The notes under the pieces: generated by a model
What the model was told of the DNA's origin: nothing
Seen by the model: only the letters and a program-made list of their open reading frames with translations
Databases searched by the model: none
In this document: positions 32,544 through 40,545 of the stretch, one piece after another
How the letters are laid out: each line of letters begins with the position of its first letter
How positions within the stretch are numbered: the first letter of the stretch is position 1
Position numbers and translations under genes: made by a program
Assembly: GCA_045541355.1 (NCBI GenBank)
Contig: JAZQIW010000111.1
Span: 2,679 to 66,678 of the forward strand
DNA from: Eubacteriales bacterium
Lineage (GTDB): Bacteria > Bacillota > Clostridia > Oscillospirales > CAG-382
Reading direction: 5' to 3'
DNA length: 64,000 bases

Positions 32544-34771
32544 ATTGCCTCATGGAAGGTACGGCTGATTACCTCTCTCTGCTGCTCACGGCTTAGCTTA
32601 TTGAAGTTCACGGCATATCCCGACACCCTGATAGTAAGGTTAGGATACTTTTCAGGATTGTCGTAAGCATCCATAAGTGTCTCTCTGTTCAGCACATTTA
32701 CATTTATATGATGCGCCTTTTTTAAGAAATAACCGTCAAGTATCGCGACAAGGTTAGTAACTCTTTCGTCATTGCTCTTTCCGAGTGCCTCGGGTGTGAT
32801 TGAAAAGGTGTTGGAAATACCGTCGCGGCAGTCATCATACGAAAGCTTTGCAACGGAATTAAGTGATGCAAGAGCACCGTTTTCTTCTCTGTTATGCATG
32901 GGGTTGGCACCGGGTGCAAAAGGAGCTGACGCCTTTCTTCCGTCGGGTGTAGCACCTGTATTCTTGCCGTACATGACGTTTGACGTAATAGTAAGAACAG
33001 AAAGGGTATGAACGGCGTGTCTATATGTAGGAGTCTTTCTGAGTTCTGTAATAACCCTATGTGTCATATCCTTTGCAATAAGGTCAACTCTGTCATCATC
33101 GTTTCCGTATTTCGGAAAATCTCCGACAGTTTCAAAGTCTACAATGTATCCTTCAGAATTCTTTATAGGCTTGACACTTGCATATTTTATGGCAGAAAAC
33201 GAGTCGGTAACAACAGAAAGACCTGCTATACCAAACGCCATGAGACGTTCAACATTTGTATCATGAAGTGACATCTGAATCTTTTCATAGCAATACTTAT
33301 CGTGCATATAATGAATGACATTCATGGTGTTTACATACAGCTTCATAAGCCACTCATTATAGATATCAAATCGTTCAAGAACCTCATCATAATCAAGCTT
33401 TTCGCCGTCCATTACAGGCATTTGAGGACCAATATGCATACCGCTTGTTGTATCATAGCCGCCATTAATTGCAATAAGCAAAAGCTTTGCAAGATTTGCC
33501 CTTGCACCGAAAAACTGCATTTGCTTTCCGATTTTCATGGCAGAAACGCAGCAGGCTATTGCATAGTCATCACCGTAATGAGGGCGCATGACATCATCAT
33601 TCTCATACTGAATAGAATCTGTATCTTTTGACACCTTAGCACAAAAACGCTTGAAGCTTTCGGGAAGATGCACCGACCAGAGAATGGTGAGATTAGGCTC
33701 AGGAGAAGAGCCGAGAGTATAGAGAGTATTAAGAACACGGAAGCTTGTCTTGGTTACAAGTGTTCTACCGTCTTCACCCATGCCTCCGACAGCCTCGGTA
33801 ATCCACATCGGGTCTCCGCCGAATAGCTCATTATATTCGGGTGTTCTCAGGTGTCTTGCCATTCTGAGCTTCATAACAAAGTCATCCATGAGCTCCTGTG
33901 CCTGTTCTTCCGTAAGAATACCGAGCGCAATATCTCTTTCAAAGTAAATATCAAAGAACGTACTTACTCTGCCAAGACTCATCGCTGCACCGTTCTGTTC
34001 TTTTATGGCTCCGAGATAGGCAAAGTATGTCCATTGTATTGCTTCCCTTGCGTTCTTGGCAGGCTCTGAAATGTCATAGCCGTACATGGCTGCCATTTCT
34101 TTAAGCTTTCCGAGAAAGCTTATCTGCTGGAAAAGCTCCTCATCGAGACGAATTGTATCTGTAAAAAATGCATCGTCTGCAAGGCGCGACTTATCCATTT
34201 TCTTTTCCTCAATAAGTCTATCGACACCGTACAGCGCCACACGTCTGTAATCGCCGATAATTCTGCCTCTGCCGTATGCGTCGGGAAGACCTGTTATAAC
34301 ATGGCACTTTCTTGCCGCCCTCATTTCATCGGTATAAGCACGAAAGACGCCGTCGTTATGGGTTGTTCTGTACTTGAACTCATCCTGAATCTTTCTGCTG
34401 AGCTCATATCCATAAGCTTCACAAGCCTGCTTTGCCATTCTTATACCGCCAAACGGGCATACTCCGCGCTTCAGGGGGCGGTTGGTCTGAAGACCTACTA
34501 TAAGCTCATTATCCTTATCGAGATATCCCGGTGAATATGCTGTCAGCGAAGAAACTGTTGCGGTATCAATATCAAGAACGCCCCCATACTGTCTCTCAAG
34601 CTCAAAAAGCGATTCAAGCTTTTTCATAAGAGAGCGAGTTCTTTCGGTAGCTCCCACAAGAAATTCTTCATCACCTTCATAAGGCTTATAGTTCTTTTGG
34701 ATAAAGTCGCGGACATTAATTTCATCTTTCCAAGCACCGTCGACAAATCCGTTCCAGTTAATATGTTTCAT
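32540..34771 (-). CDS. pflB: Formate C-acetyltransferase (pyruvate formate-lyase)
   Basis: 743 aa with the glycyl-radical signature [11 protein letters not shown] and catalytic cysteines IACCVSAM. An AAGGAGG RBS lies 9 nt upstream. Confidence 0.93.
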   Translation of the reverse strand: MKHINWNGFVDGAWKDEINVRDFIQKNYKPYEGDEEFLVGATERTRSLMKKLESLFELERQYGGVLDIDTATVSSLTAYSPGYLDKDNELIVGLQTNRPLKRGVCPFGGIRMAKQACEAYGYELSRKIQDEFKYRTTHNDGVFRAYTDEMRAARKCHVITGLPDAYGRGRIIGDYRRVALYGVDRLIEEKKMDKSRLADDAFFTDTIRLDEELFQQISFLGKLKEMAAMYGYDISEPAKNAREAIQWTYFAYLGAIKEQNGAAMSLGRVSTFFDIYFERDIALGILTEEQAQELMDDFVMKLRMARHLRTPEYNELFGGDPMWITEAVGGMGEDGRTLVTKTSFRVLNTLYTLGSSPEPNLTILWSVHLPESFKRFCAKVSKDTDSIQYENDDVMRPHYGDDYAIACCVSAMKIGKQMQFFGARANLAKLLLIAINGGYDTTSGMHIGPQMPVMDGEKLDYDEVLERFDIYNEWLMKLYVNTMNVIHYMHDKYCYEKIQMSLHDTNVERLMAFGIAGLSVVTDSFSAIKYASVKPIKNSEGYIVDFETVGDFPKYGNDDDRVDLIAKDMTHRVITELRKTPTYRHAVHTLSVLTITSNVMYGKNTGATPDGRKASAPFAPGANPMHNREENGALASLNSVAKLSYDDCRDGISNTFSITPEALGKSNDERVTNLVAILDGYFLKKAHHINVNVLNRETLMDAYDNPEKYPNLTIRVSGYAVNFNKLSREQQREVISRTFHEAI

Positions 34772-34806
34772 ATAGTCTTACCTCCTTATGAGATAGTTTA
34801 AACAAC

Positions 34807-34912
34807 AAAAAAGGCAATTCAATTCCATAACAGAACGAATTGCCCAGACGGTCGGCTAAAACAATATTACATTCCCTTAGCGTCATGCCGCTTGAATCCG
34901 TCAGTCATGTAA
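34807..34912 (-). promoter_or_regulatory. ZTP riboswitch (pfl motif) with terminator expression platform
   Basis: The leader RNA reads ACAUGACUGACGGAUUCAAGCGGCAUGACGCUAAGGGAAUGU, a ~12-nt linker, then GCCGACCGUCUGGGCA. GGCAAUUC..GAAUUGCC followed by UUUUUU overlaps the 3' conserved block. It lies directly upstream of pflB. Confidence 0.8.
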
Positions 34913-34930
34913 TATTTACCTTGTATTGAC

Positions 34931-34959
34931 ATTATACACAAGATATTGTGGTTTGTCAA
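34931..34959 (-). promoter_or_regulatory. Consensus sigma-A promoter of the pfl leader
   Basis: On the minus strand: TTGACA, 17-nt spacer, TATAAT, about 20 nt upstream of the riboswitch. Confidence 0.65.
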
Positions 34960-35041
34960 TTATTATTTTGCCAAAATTTAATTTATTTTGACATAAATAT
35001 TTGTGCATTATAGCTATTACATATTTGTAATGATTACATAT

Positions 35042-35845
35042 TCAACAAAGCTTTTCGCAAGTTTCCGCAGCATAATCGCCGAGCTTTTTACCTGCAAGAA
35101 GTCCTATAAGCTCCTGTCCGCTTGTACTGTAATGGCCGAAAGCTTCAGGATTCATATATTTATCTATATAGAAAATTTCCTCGGTAATTTCCGTAAGCAT
35201 AATAAAGCCGTCATGCTCCCTGCATACTTCTTTCTGTGCATTGATAATTTCAAAATCGTATTCATCCATTGAAAATCTGCCAACCAAAATATTTCCGAAT
35301 TTTTCAACGCCCAAATCCTCTTGCAGCGATTCATAAAGAGCAACCATCTGCTTTTTATATTCATCCTTTGATTTTTTTGCAAGTGCATCGCTTTCGCCCT
35401 GAAGCCAAACAAAATAGACATGCTCCGGCTGTGTCAGCTCAATTGCTTTTCTTGCCTTTTTACAAAGCATCTCATATCCAAGTGCTCCCCTTTGCCAATA
35501 ATCAATGGTTGTTCCACCCTTTGCAGCATGAACGGCAATTACATTTCTGCCCGATGCCTTAACATAGCTTTTGCAGAAAAAAGGAACGGGATTTGTTCTT
35601 TTTCTCCATGCGCCGAGCAGTGCACAGTTTTGGGTTGTTCCCCAGCCGTCACGGTGTCTCGGCAGAAAGAACTTTCCGTCATTGCTGATGGTTTCACCTG
35701 CCGGATGCTTCAAAGGAACGAGCTTATTCTCAAGATATCTGTATTCAAGTGCGCCTTCAACGGGGGCGTTATCCTCGGGCATTCTTTCAGCCTCGCCCTC
35801 CATATTACTCTGTCCCGAAAAAATAATAAGGTCTGTTTTTTTCAT
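35042..35845 (-). CDS. SGNH/sialate O-acetylesterase-like carbohydrate esterase
   Basis: 267 aa with the N-terminal block IIFSGQSNMEGE characteristic of the SASA/DUF303 esterase family. No signal peptide is present. Confidence 0.65.
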   Translation of the reverse strand: MKKTDLIIFSGQSNMEGEAERMPEDNAPVEGALEYRYLENKLVPLKHPAGETISNDGKFFLPRHRDGWGTTQNCALLGAWRKRTNPVPFFCKSYVKASGRNVIAVHAAKGGTTIDYWQRGALGYEMLCKKARKAIELTQPEHVYFVWLQGESDALAKKSKDEYKKQMVALYESLQEDLGVEKFGNILVGRFSMDEYDFEIINAQKEVCREHDGFIMLTEITEEIFYIDKYMNPEAFGHYSTSGQELIGLLAGKKLGDYAAETCEKLC

Positions 35846-35854
35846 TATGTTCTC

Positions 35855-36757
35855 CTATTTAACTCTTACAAAATTTCCAAAGGTATCACTTACAGTCTCA
35901 GCAAAAGAAAATGTATTATCATACTTTTTCAGAATGTTCTGAAGCTCTGTTATCTGATGTTTATTTATAACACATATCAAAACGGTTCTTTCATCTCTGT
36001 TAAAAGAGCCGATTGCAGAAATTTCGGTTGCACTGTGATGCAGTCCGTTGATTATTTCATCTGTAATTTCAGCCGGGTGCTTTGTGATAATCGTAAATTT
36101 AACTGCAGATTTAATTCCTTTAAGCATCCTATCCCCGACAAAGCTTGAAATAAAGCAGTACATGATGCACAGACATATGGGCTTGTAATCATAGATTATA
36201 CTGCCCGAAGCATCGGTTTTTGCATATACGAAAAAGGAGGCAATTGCAACAATCGCATTAAGAGAAAAAGTAATCCAAAAGAAATTTAAAGCCGCATTCT
36301 TCTTACTGATATATTTTGATATAATATCCGTTCCGCCCGTTGATGCCCTGTTCTTAAAGCATATGCCGTAAACTAAACCGCTCAGAGTTCCGCTCAAGAT
36401 AACGGGATAAATTGTGTCATGGCCGCCGGCATTATACTGAAATGCGGAAAGTCCAATATGCTGCAAATACAGGAAAACCAAGGAATAAACAACGCAAAAG
36501 CAAAGTGAACGCGAGGCAAACTGCTTGTTGATGAAAAAAAACGCAAACACGCACAGCGGAATATTAATAATAAGAGACATAAAGCCGATGGAAAATCCGG
36601 TCTTATACTGTACCATGGTTGCAATACCGTTAAGTCCCGCCGGAGCAAATCCGTTCTTTACTATAAACAATTGATAAACAAACGCCAAAAGCACCGCCGC
36701 AAAAATTATGCTGACATATTCTTTTAAATCTATTAACCGTTTGAAATGATTTTTCAT
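35855..36757 (-). CDS. YitT-family membrane protein
   Basis: 300 aa with five or six TM helices, the ASTGGTDIISKYI block, and a C-terminal soluble DUF2179-like domain. Confidence 0.75.
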   Translation of the reverse strand: MKNHFKRLIDLKEYVSIIFAAVLLAFVYQLFIVKNGFAPAGLNGIATMVQYKTGFSIGFMSLIINIPLCVFAFFFINKQFASRSLCFCVVYSLVFLYLQHIGLSAFQYNAGGHDTIYPVILSGTLSGLVYGICFKNRASTGGTDIISKYISKKNAALNFFWITFSLNAIVAIASFFVYAKTDASGSIIYDYKPICLCIMYCFISSFVGDRMLKGIKSAVKFTIITKHPAEITDEIINGLHHSATEISAIGSFNRDERTVLICVINKHQITELQNILKKYDNTFSFAETVSDTFGNFVRVK

Positions 36758-36890
36758 AACAACAACCTCAATATATCTTTATATTTCAAGTCTAACACCA
36801 AAAAATCAATTTGTCAATCAGCTGATTTGAAAACACTTTCCATGAAAAGAAAAAGTATTGTTAAAGATTTCAAAAAAATCAAAAAAGCAC

Positions 36891-36919
36891 TTGACAATTT
36901 ATTTCAGTTGTGCTACAAT
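36891..36919 (+). promoter_or_regulatory. Consensus sigma-A promoter of the tRNA-Ser pair
   Basis: TTGACA, 17-nt spacer, TACAAT, about 30 nt upstream of the first tRNA. Confidence 0.65.
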
Positions 36920-36951
36920 ATCATGCGTTGGGTCGCACCGAGAATATATTT

Positions 36952-37040
<89 letters not shown>

Positions 37041-37071
37041 CCAACTAATTTTATACACTGATTTTCACTAT

Positions 37072-37161
37072 GCAGAAGTACTCAAGTGGTGAAGAGGCGC
37101 CCCTGCTAAGGGTGTAGGTCGGGCAACCGGCGCGAGAGTTCAAATCTCTCCTTCTGCGCCA
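37072..37161 (+). tRNA. tRNA-Ser (anticodon GCU)
   Basis: Acceptor stem GCAGAAG/CTTCTGC, anticodon loop CTGCTAA, a long variable arm, T-arm AGTTCAAATCT, and an encoded CCA. Confidence 0.9.
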
Positions 37162-37165
37162 GTTA

Positions 37166-37196
37166 AAGAGCATTCGTTTGAATGCTCTTTTTCTTT
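37166..37196 (+). terminator. Intrinsic terminator after the tRNA pair
   Basis: AAGAGCATTC-GTTT-GAATGCTCTT followed by TTTCTTTTT. Confidence 0.8.
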
Positions 37197-37294
37197 TTCT
37201 TTTACATCTATGCAACTTTTACTTCAGAACAGTCTAATATTAAGCATTTATTAACAAAATCATGTTAGACTAACTGTTGAAAGGTTGTGAGTAA

Positions 37295-39523
37295 ATGAAA
37301 GCATCATATGACATATACGGAATGAACTGTGCTGCCTGCAGCGCTGCCGTAGAACGCTCTGTTAAAGCCATTGGCATAGACAATGTTTCGGTTAACCTGA
37401 TTTCGGGTGTAATGAAGGTCGAATATGACGAGGGGTCTGCAACCGACAACGAGATTATAAAAGCTGTGCAAAATGCAGGGTTTGGCATTGAGCACGCAAA
37501 GAGTGCTGCTGAAAAAAGACGAATACTTCAGGAAAACAACATTCGCGCCCATAAAAATCTATTCCGTCGTTTAATTGCATCGGTATGCATAATGCTTGTG
37601 CTTATGTACATTGCAATGGGACATATGTGGTCTTTGCCTTTTCCCTCTTTTTTGAAAAATCCGTTAATTCTGGCAATAACTCAGTTTTTATTAACTGTTC
37701 CGATTATCATTATTAACCGTTCATACTTCACAAACGGCATAAAGCATCTTTTCAAGAGAACACCGAACATGGATTCTCTTATTGCCATCGGCTCTTCTGC
37801 TGCAATTATCTACGGTATTTTTGCGATTTTCAAAATTGCTCTCGGCGATGACAGCTACATTCACGATTTATACTTTGAAACTGCCGCCATGATACCCACT
37901 CTTGTAACAATAGGCAAATACCTTGAAGGCCGTTCAAGAAGCGGCACATCAAAAGCTCTTGATATGCTGATAGACCTGACTCCGAAAAAGGCACTTATTC
38001 TAACACCTGACGGTGAAAAGGAAACAGACATATCACATCTTTCCGAAAAGGATACCGTAATAGTAAAGCCGGGGGCATCCTTTCCCTGTGACGGCACAGT
38101 AATATCGGGTGAAAGCTATGTCGATGAATCGAGTCTTACGGGTGAGAGCATTCCTGTTTTCAAAAAAAACGGCGACAAGGTTAATGCGGGAACAATTAAC
38201 ACAAACGGAACGCTTACGATTACCGCCGAGAAGGTGGGCGACGACACAGTAATTTCGGGTATCATAAAGCTTGTTGAAGAAGCCTCAGGCTCAAAGGCAC
38301 CGATTTCAAGACTTGCTGACAGAATCAGCGCGGTGTTTGTACCGTGTGTTATAGTATTATCAGTCATAACAGCGGTTATCTGGTTAATTTTCGGCGCTGA
38401 CTTTGAATTTGCCTTTTCAAGAGCTATTTGCGTGCTTGTAATATCCTGCCCCTGTTCTCTCGGTCTTGCGACTCCGATAGCGGTAACTGTCGGAACGGGT
38501 GTAGCGGCAAGAGAAGGTATTCTCATCAAAAATGCAGCGACCTTGGAGGAGCTTGGCAGAATTAACACAGTACTTTTTGACAAAACAGGTACTCTTACCG
38601 AGGGAAATCCCGTCGTTACTGATATAATCCCGGCTGATGGTCAAATAGAAGACGAATTTCTTAGAATCTGCGCCTCACTGGAAGCCTTATCCGAGCATCC
38701 TCTCGGAAAAGCCATTGTTAACGAGGCAAAGCACAGAAAGCTTTCCTTAGATAATGCCGAAAGCTTTGAGGCTATCCCGGGCAAAGGAATGCATGCCATA
38801 ATGGGAGGAAAAAAGTATTACGGCGGAAGCTTTGCTTTATTCGAAAGCATGGGTACCGGTATTGACAATGATATTATAAGCAAGTACAATGAGCTTTGTG
38901 AGTCCGGAAAAACGCCTTTATTCTTTTCCCGAGAGGGACAATATCTCGGCTGTATTGCCGTTTCAGACAGACCAAGAGCTGACAGCAAATCAGCTATTGA
39001 CAAGCTAAAGGAGTTTGGTATAAAATCAGTTATGATTACCGGTGACAATGAGCTTACGGCAAAAGCAATTGCAGACGAAGTCGGTATAGATGAGGTTTGT
39101 GCAAAAGTAAGTCCTTCGGAAAAGGAACAATATGTAAAAAAGTATCAGAATGACACCTCAAAGGTTGCCATGTGCGGTGACGGCATCAATGACTCACCTG
39201 CTCTTGCAAGAGCAGATGTGGGTATTTCGGTATCGAAAGGAACGGATACTGCCCTTGAAACAAGCGATGTAATACTCATGCACAACGATGTTTATTCTGT
39301 ACCAAGAGCAATTGCTCTCAGCAAAAGCACGATTTCAAACATAAAGCTTAGTCTTTTCTGGGCACTGCTTTACAACTGCATCGGCATTCCTGTTGCCGCC
39401 GGTGTTCTCTACCCCATGTTCGGAATAACTCTTAGTCCAATGATAGGAGCTGCCGCCATGAGCCTCAGTTCAATCTGCGTTGTCCTTAACGCTTTACGTT
39501 TATTGAATTTTTCTTTTAAATAA
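37295..39523 (+). CDS. copA: Copper-translocating P1B-type ATPase
   Basis: 742 aa with an N-terminal HMA domain (GMNCAACS) and the CPC (SCPCSLGL), DKTGT and GDGINDSP motifs. Confidence 0.92.
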   Translation: MKASYDIYGMNCAACSAAVERSVKAIGIDNVSVNLISGVMKVEYDEGSATDNEIIKAVQNAGFGIEHAKSAAEKRRILQENNIRAHKNLFRRLIASVCIMLVLMYIAMGHMWSLPFPSFLKNPLILAITQFLLTVPIIIINRSYFTNGIKHLFKRTPNMDSLIAIGSSAAIIYGIFAIFKIALGDDSYIHDLYFETAAMIPTLVTIGKYLEGRSRSGTSKALDMLIDLTPKKALILTPDGEKETDISHLSEKDTVIVKPGASFPCDGTVISGESYVDESSLTGESIPVFKKNGDKVNAGTINTNGTLTITAEKVGDDTVISGIIKLVEEASGSKAPISRLADRISAVFVPCVIVLSVITAVIWLIFGADFEFAFSRAICVLVISCPCSLGLATPIAVTVGTGVAAREGILIKNAATLEELGRINTVLFDKTGTLTEGNPVVTDIIPADGQIEDEFLRICASLEALSEHPLGKAIVNEAKHRKLSLDNAESFEAIPGKGMHAIMGGKKYYGGSFALFESMGTGIDNDIISKYNELCESGKTPLFFSREGQYLGCIAVSDRPRADSKSAIDKLKEFGIKSVMITGDNELTAKAIADEVGIDEVCAKVSPSEKEQYVKKYQNDTSKVAMCGDGINDSPALARADVGISVSKGTDTALETSDVILMHNDVYSVPRAIALSKSTISNIKLSLFWALLYNCIGIPVAAGVLYPMFGITLSPMIGAAAMSLSSICVVLNALRLLNFSFK

Positions 39524-39557
39524 TATACAATTCATTATTTGAGAAAGGATGTTTATA

Positions 39558-39788
39558 ATGACAAAGAAAATTATCACAGTAGAAGGTATGCACTGTATGC
39601 ATTGTGCATCAAGTGTTGAAAAAGCTGTGGCGTCGCTCGAGGGAGTAAAGGATGCAAAGGTTAATCTCGACAAAAAAACCTGCACCGCAAAGCTCTCAGG
39701 TGAAGTAAATGACGAGGCAATAAAGTCTGCAATTAAGGATGCCGGCTTTGAGGTTGTTGATATCACGACAAAAACAGGCTTATTTTAA
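39558..39788 (+). CDS. copZ: Copper chaperone (HMA domain)
   Basis: 76 aa from the ATG at 39558 (AAAGGA 8 nt upstream) with the GMHCMHCASSVEKA metal-binding loop. Confidence 0.85.
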   Translation: MTKKIITVEGMHCMHCASSVEKAVASLEGVKDAKVNLDKKTCTAKLSGEVNDEAIKSAIKDAGFEVVDITTKTGLF

Positions 39789-39816
39789 CAATTTTCTGCC
39801 AATATTTTCAAAACTA

Positions 39817-39845
39817 TTGAAAATCGACAAAAACCATAGTATAAT
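39817..39845 (+). promoter_or_regulatory. Sigma-A-type promoter for xpt
   Basis: TTGAAA, 17-nt spacer, TATAAT. Confidence 0.55.
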
Positions 39846-39879
39846 GTATAAAAGTTTATCGGTACTGTGAGGTTCAATT

Positions 39880-40452
39880 ATGGATTTAATGAAGGAACGC
39901 ATCTTAAAAGACGGCAGAGTTGCACCCGGCGGAGTGCTTAAAGTTGACAGCTTTTTAAATCATCAGATTGACATTGACTTATACAACGAGATGGGAAAAG
40001 AGTTCAAAAGGCTGTTCAGTGATGTCAAGGTTGACAGAATTCTTACAATTGAGGCATCCGGAATCGGTATTGCCTGCATTGCAGCACAGTACTTTGGTGT
40101 TCCTGTTGTTTTTGCTAAAAAGGCAAAATCCAGAAATCTCGACGGAGATGTTTACACAAGCACCGTTGAGTCCTTTACATACGGAAAAAAGTACGACATT
40201 ATGGTTTCTAAAAAGTTCATTAATCCCGAAGAAAATGTTCTTATTATTGACGACTTTCTTGCCAACGGCAAGGCTTGTCTCGGTCTTATCGACATTGTCG
40301 AAAAGGCAGGTGCCGTTGTTTCGGGTATCGGCATAGCAATAGAAAAAGGTTTCCAAGACGGAGGCAGGCTCTTGAAAAGCAGAGGCTACAACCTTCACAG
40401 TCTTGCAGTTATAAAGTCTATGGACGACAACAGCCTTACGTTTGAAGACTGA
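39880..40452 (+). CDS. xpt: Xanthine phosphoribosyltransferase
   Basis: 190 aa with the PRPP loop VLIIDDFLANGKA. The N-terminus MDLMKERILKDG..LKVDSFLNHQID is typical of XPRT. Confidence 0.88.
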   Translation: MDLMKERILKDGRVAPGGVLKVDSFLNHQIDIDLYNEMGKEFKRLFSDVKVDRILTIEASGIGIACIAAQYFGVPVVFAKKAKSRNLDGDVYTSTVESFTYGKKYDIMVSKKFINPEENVLIIDDFLANGKACLGLIDIVEKAGAVVSGIGIAIEKGFQDGGRLLKSRGYNLHSLAVIKSMDDNSLTFED

Positions 40453-40491
40453 CAACAGTATTTAAGCGGTATTTTATTATAATTAAAATTT

Positions 40492-40520
40492 GCCGCATGA
40501 AGTTTCATGCGGTTTTTATT
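40492..40520 (+). terminator. Intrinsic terminator after xpt
   Basis: CCGCATGA-AGTT-TCATGCGG followed by TTTTTATTTTTT. Confidence 0.8.
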
Positions 40521-40545
40521 TTTTCTAACCGAAAGGAAGTACAGT

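Noticed and set aside
31875-32666. 263-aa plus-strand ORF across pflA
   Set aside because: It is antisense to the radical-SAM activase, which has CxxxCxxC. It is a shadow ORF.
35420-36148. 242-aa plus-strand ORF across the esterase and YitT genes
   Set aside because: It spans two minus-strand genes and their intergenic gap, and it has no RBS. It is a shadow ORF.
39789-39879. Purine riboswitch upstream of xpt
   Set aside because: The intergenic region is only 91 nt, and most of it is taken by a TTGAAA-17-TATAAT promoter and the RBS. That leaves no room for a ~70-nt aptamer plus an expression platform.
40507-40545. Upstream ATG (40507) as the start of the large multidomain protein
   Set aside because: It lies inside the xpt terminator hairpin and has no RBS. 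The ATG at 40546 has GAAAGGAAG upstream.
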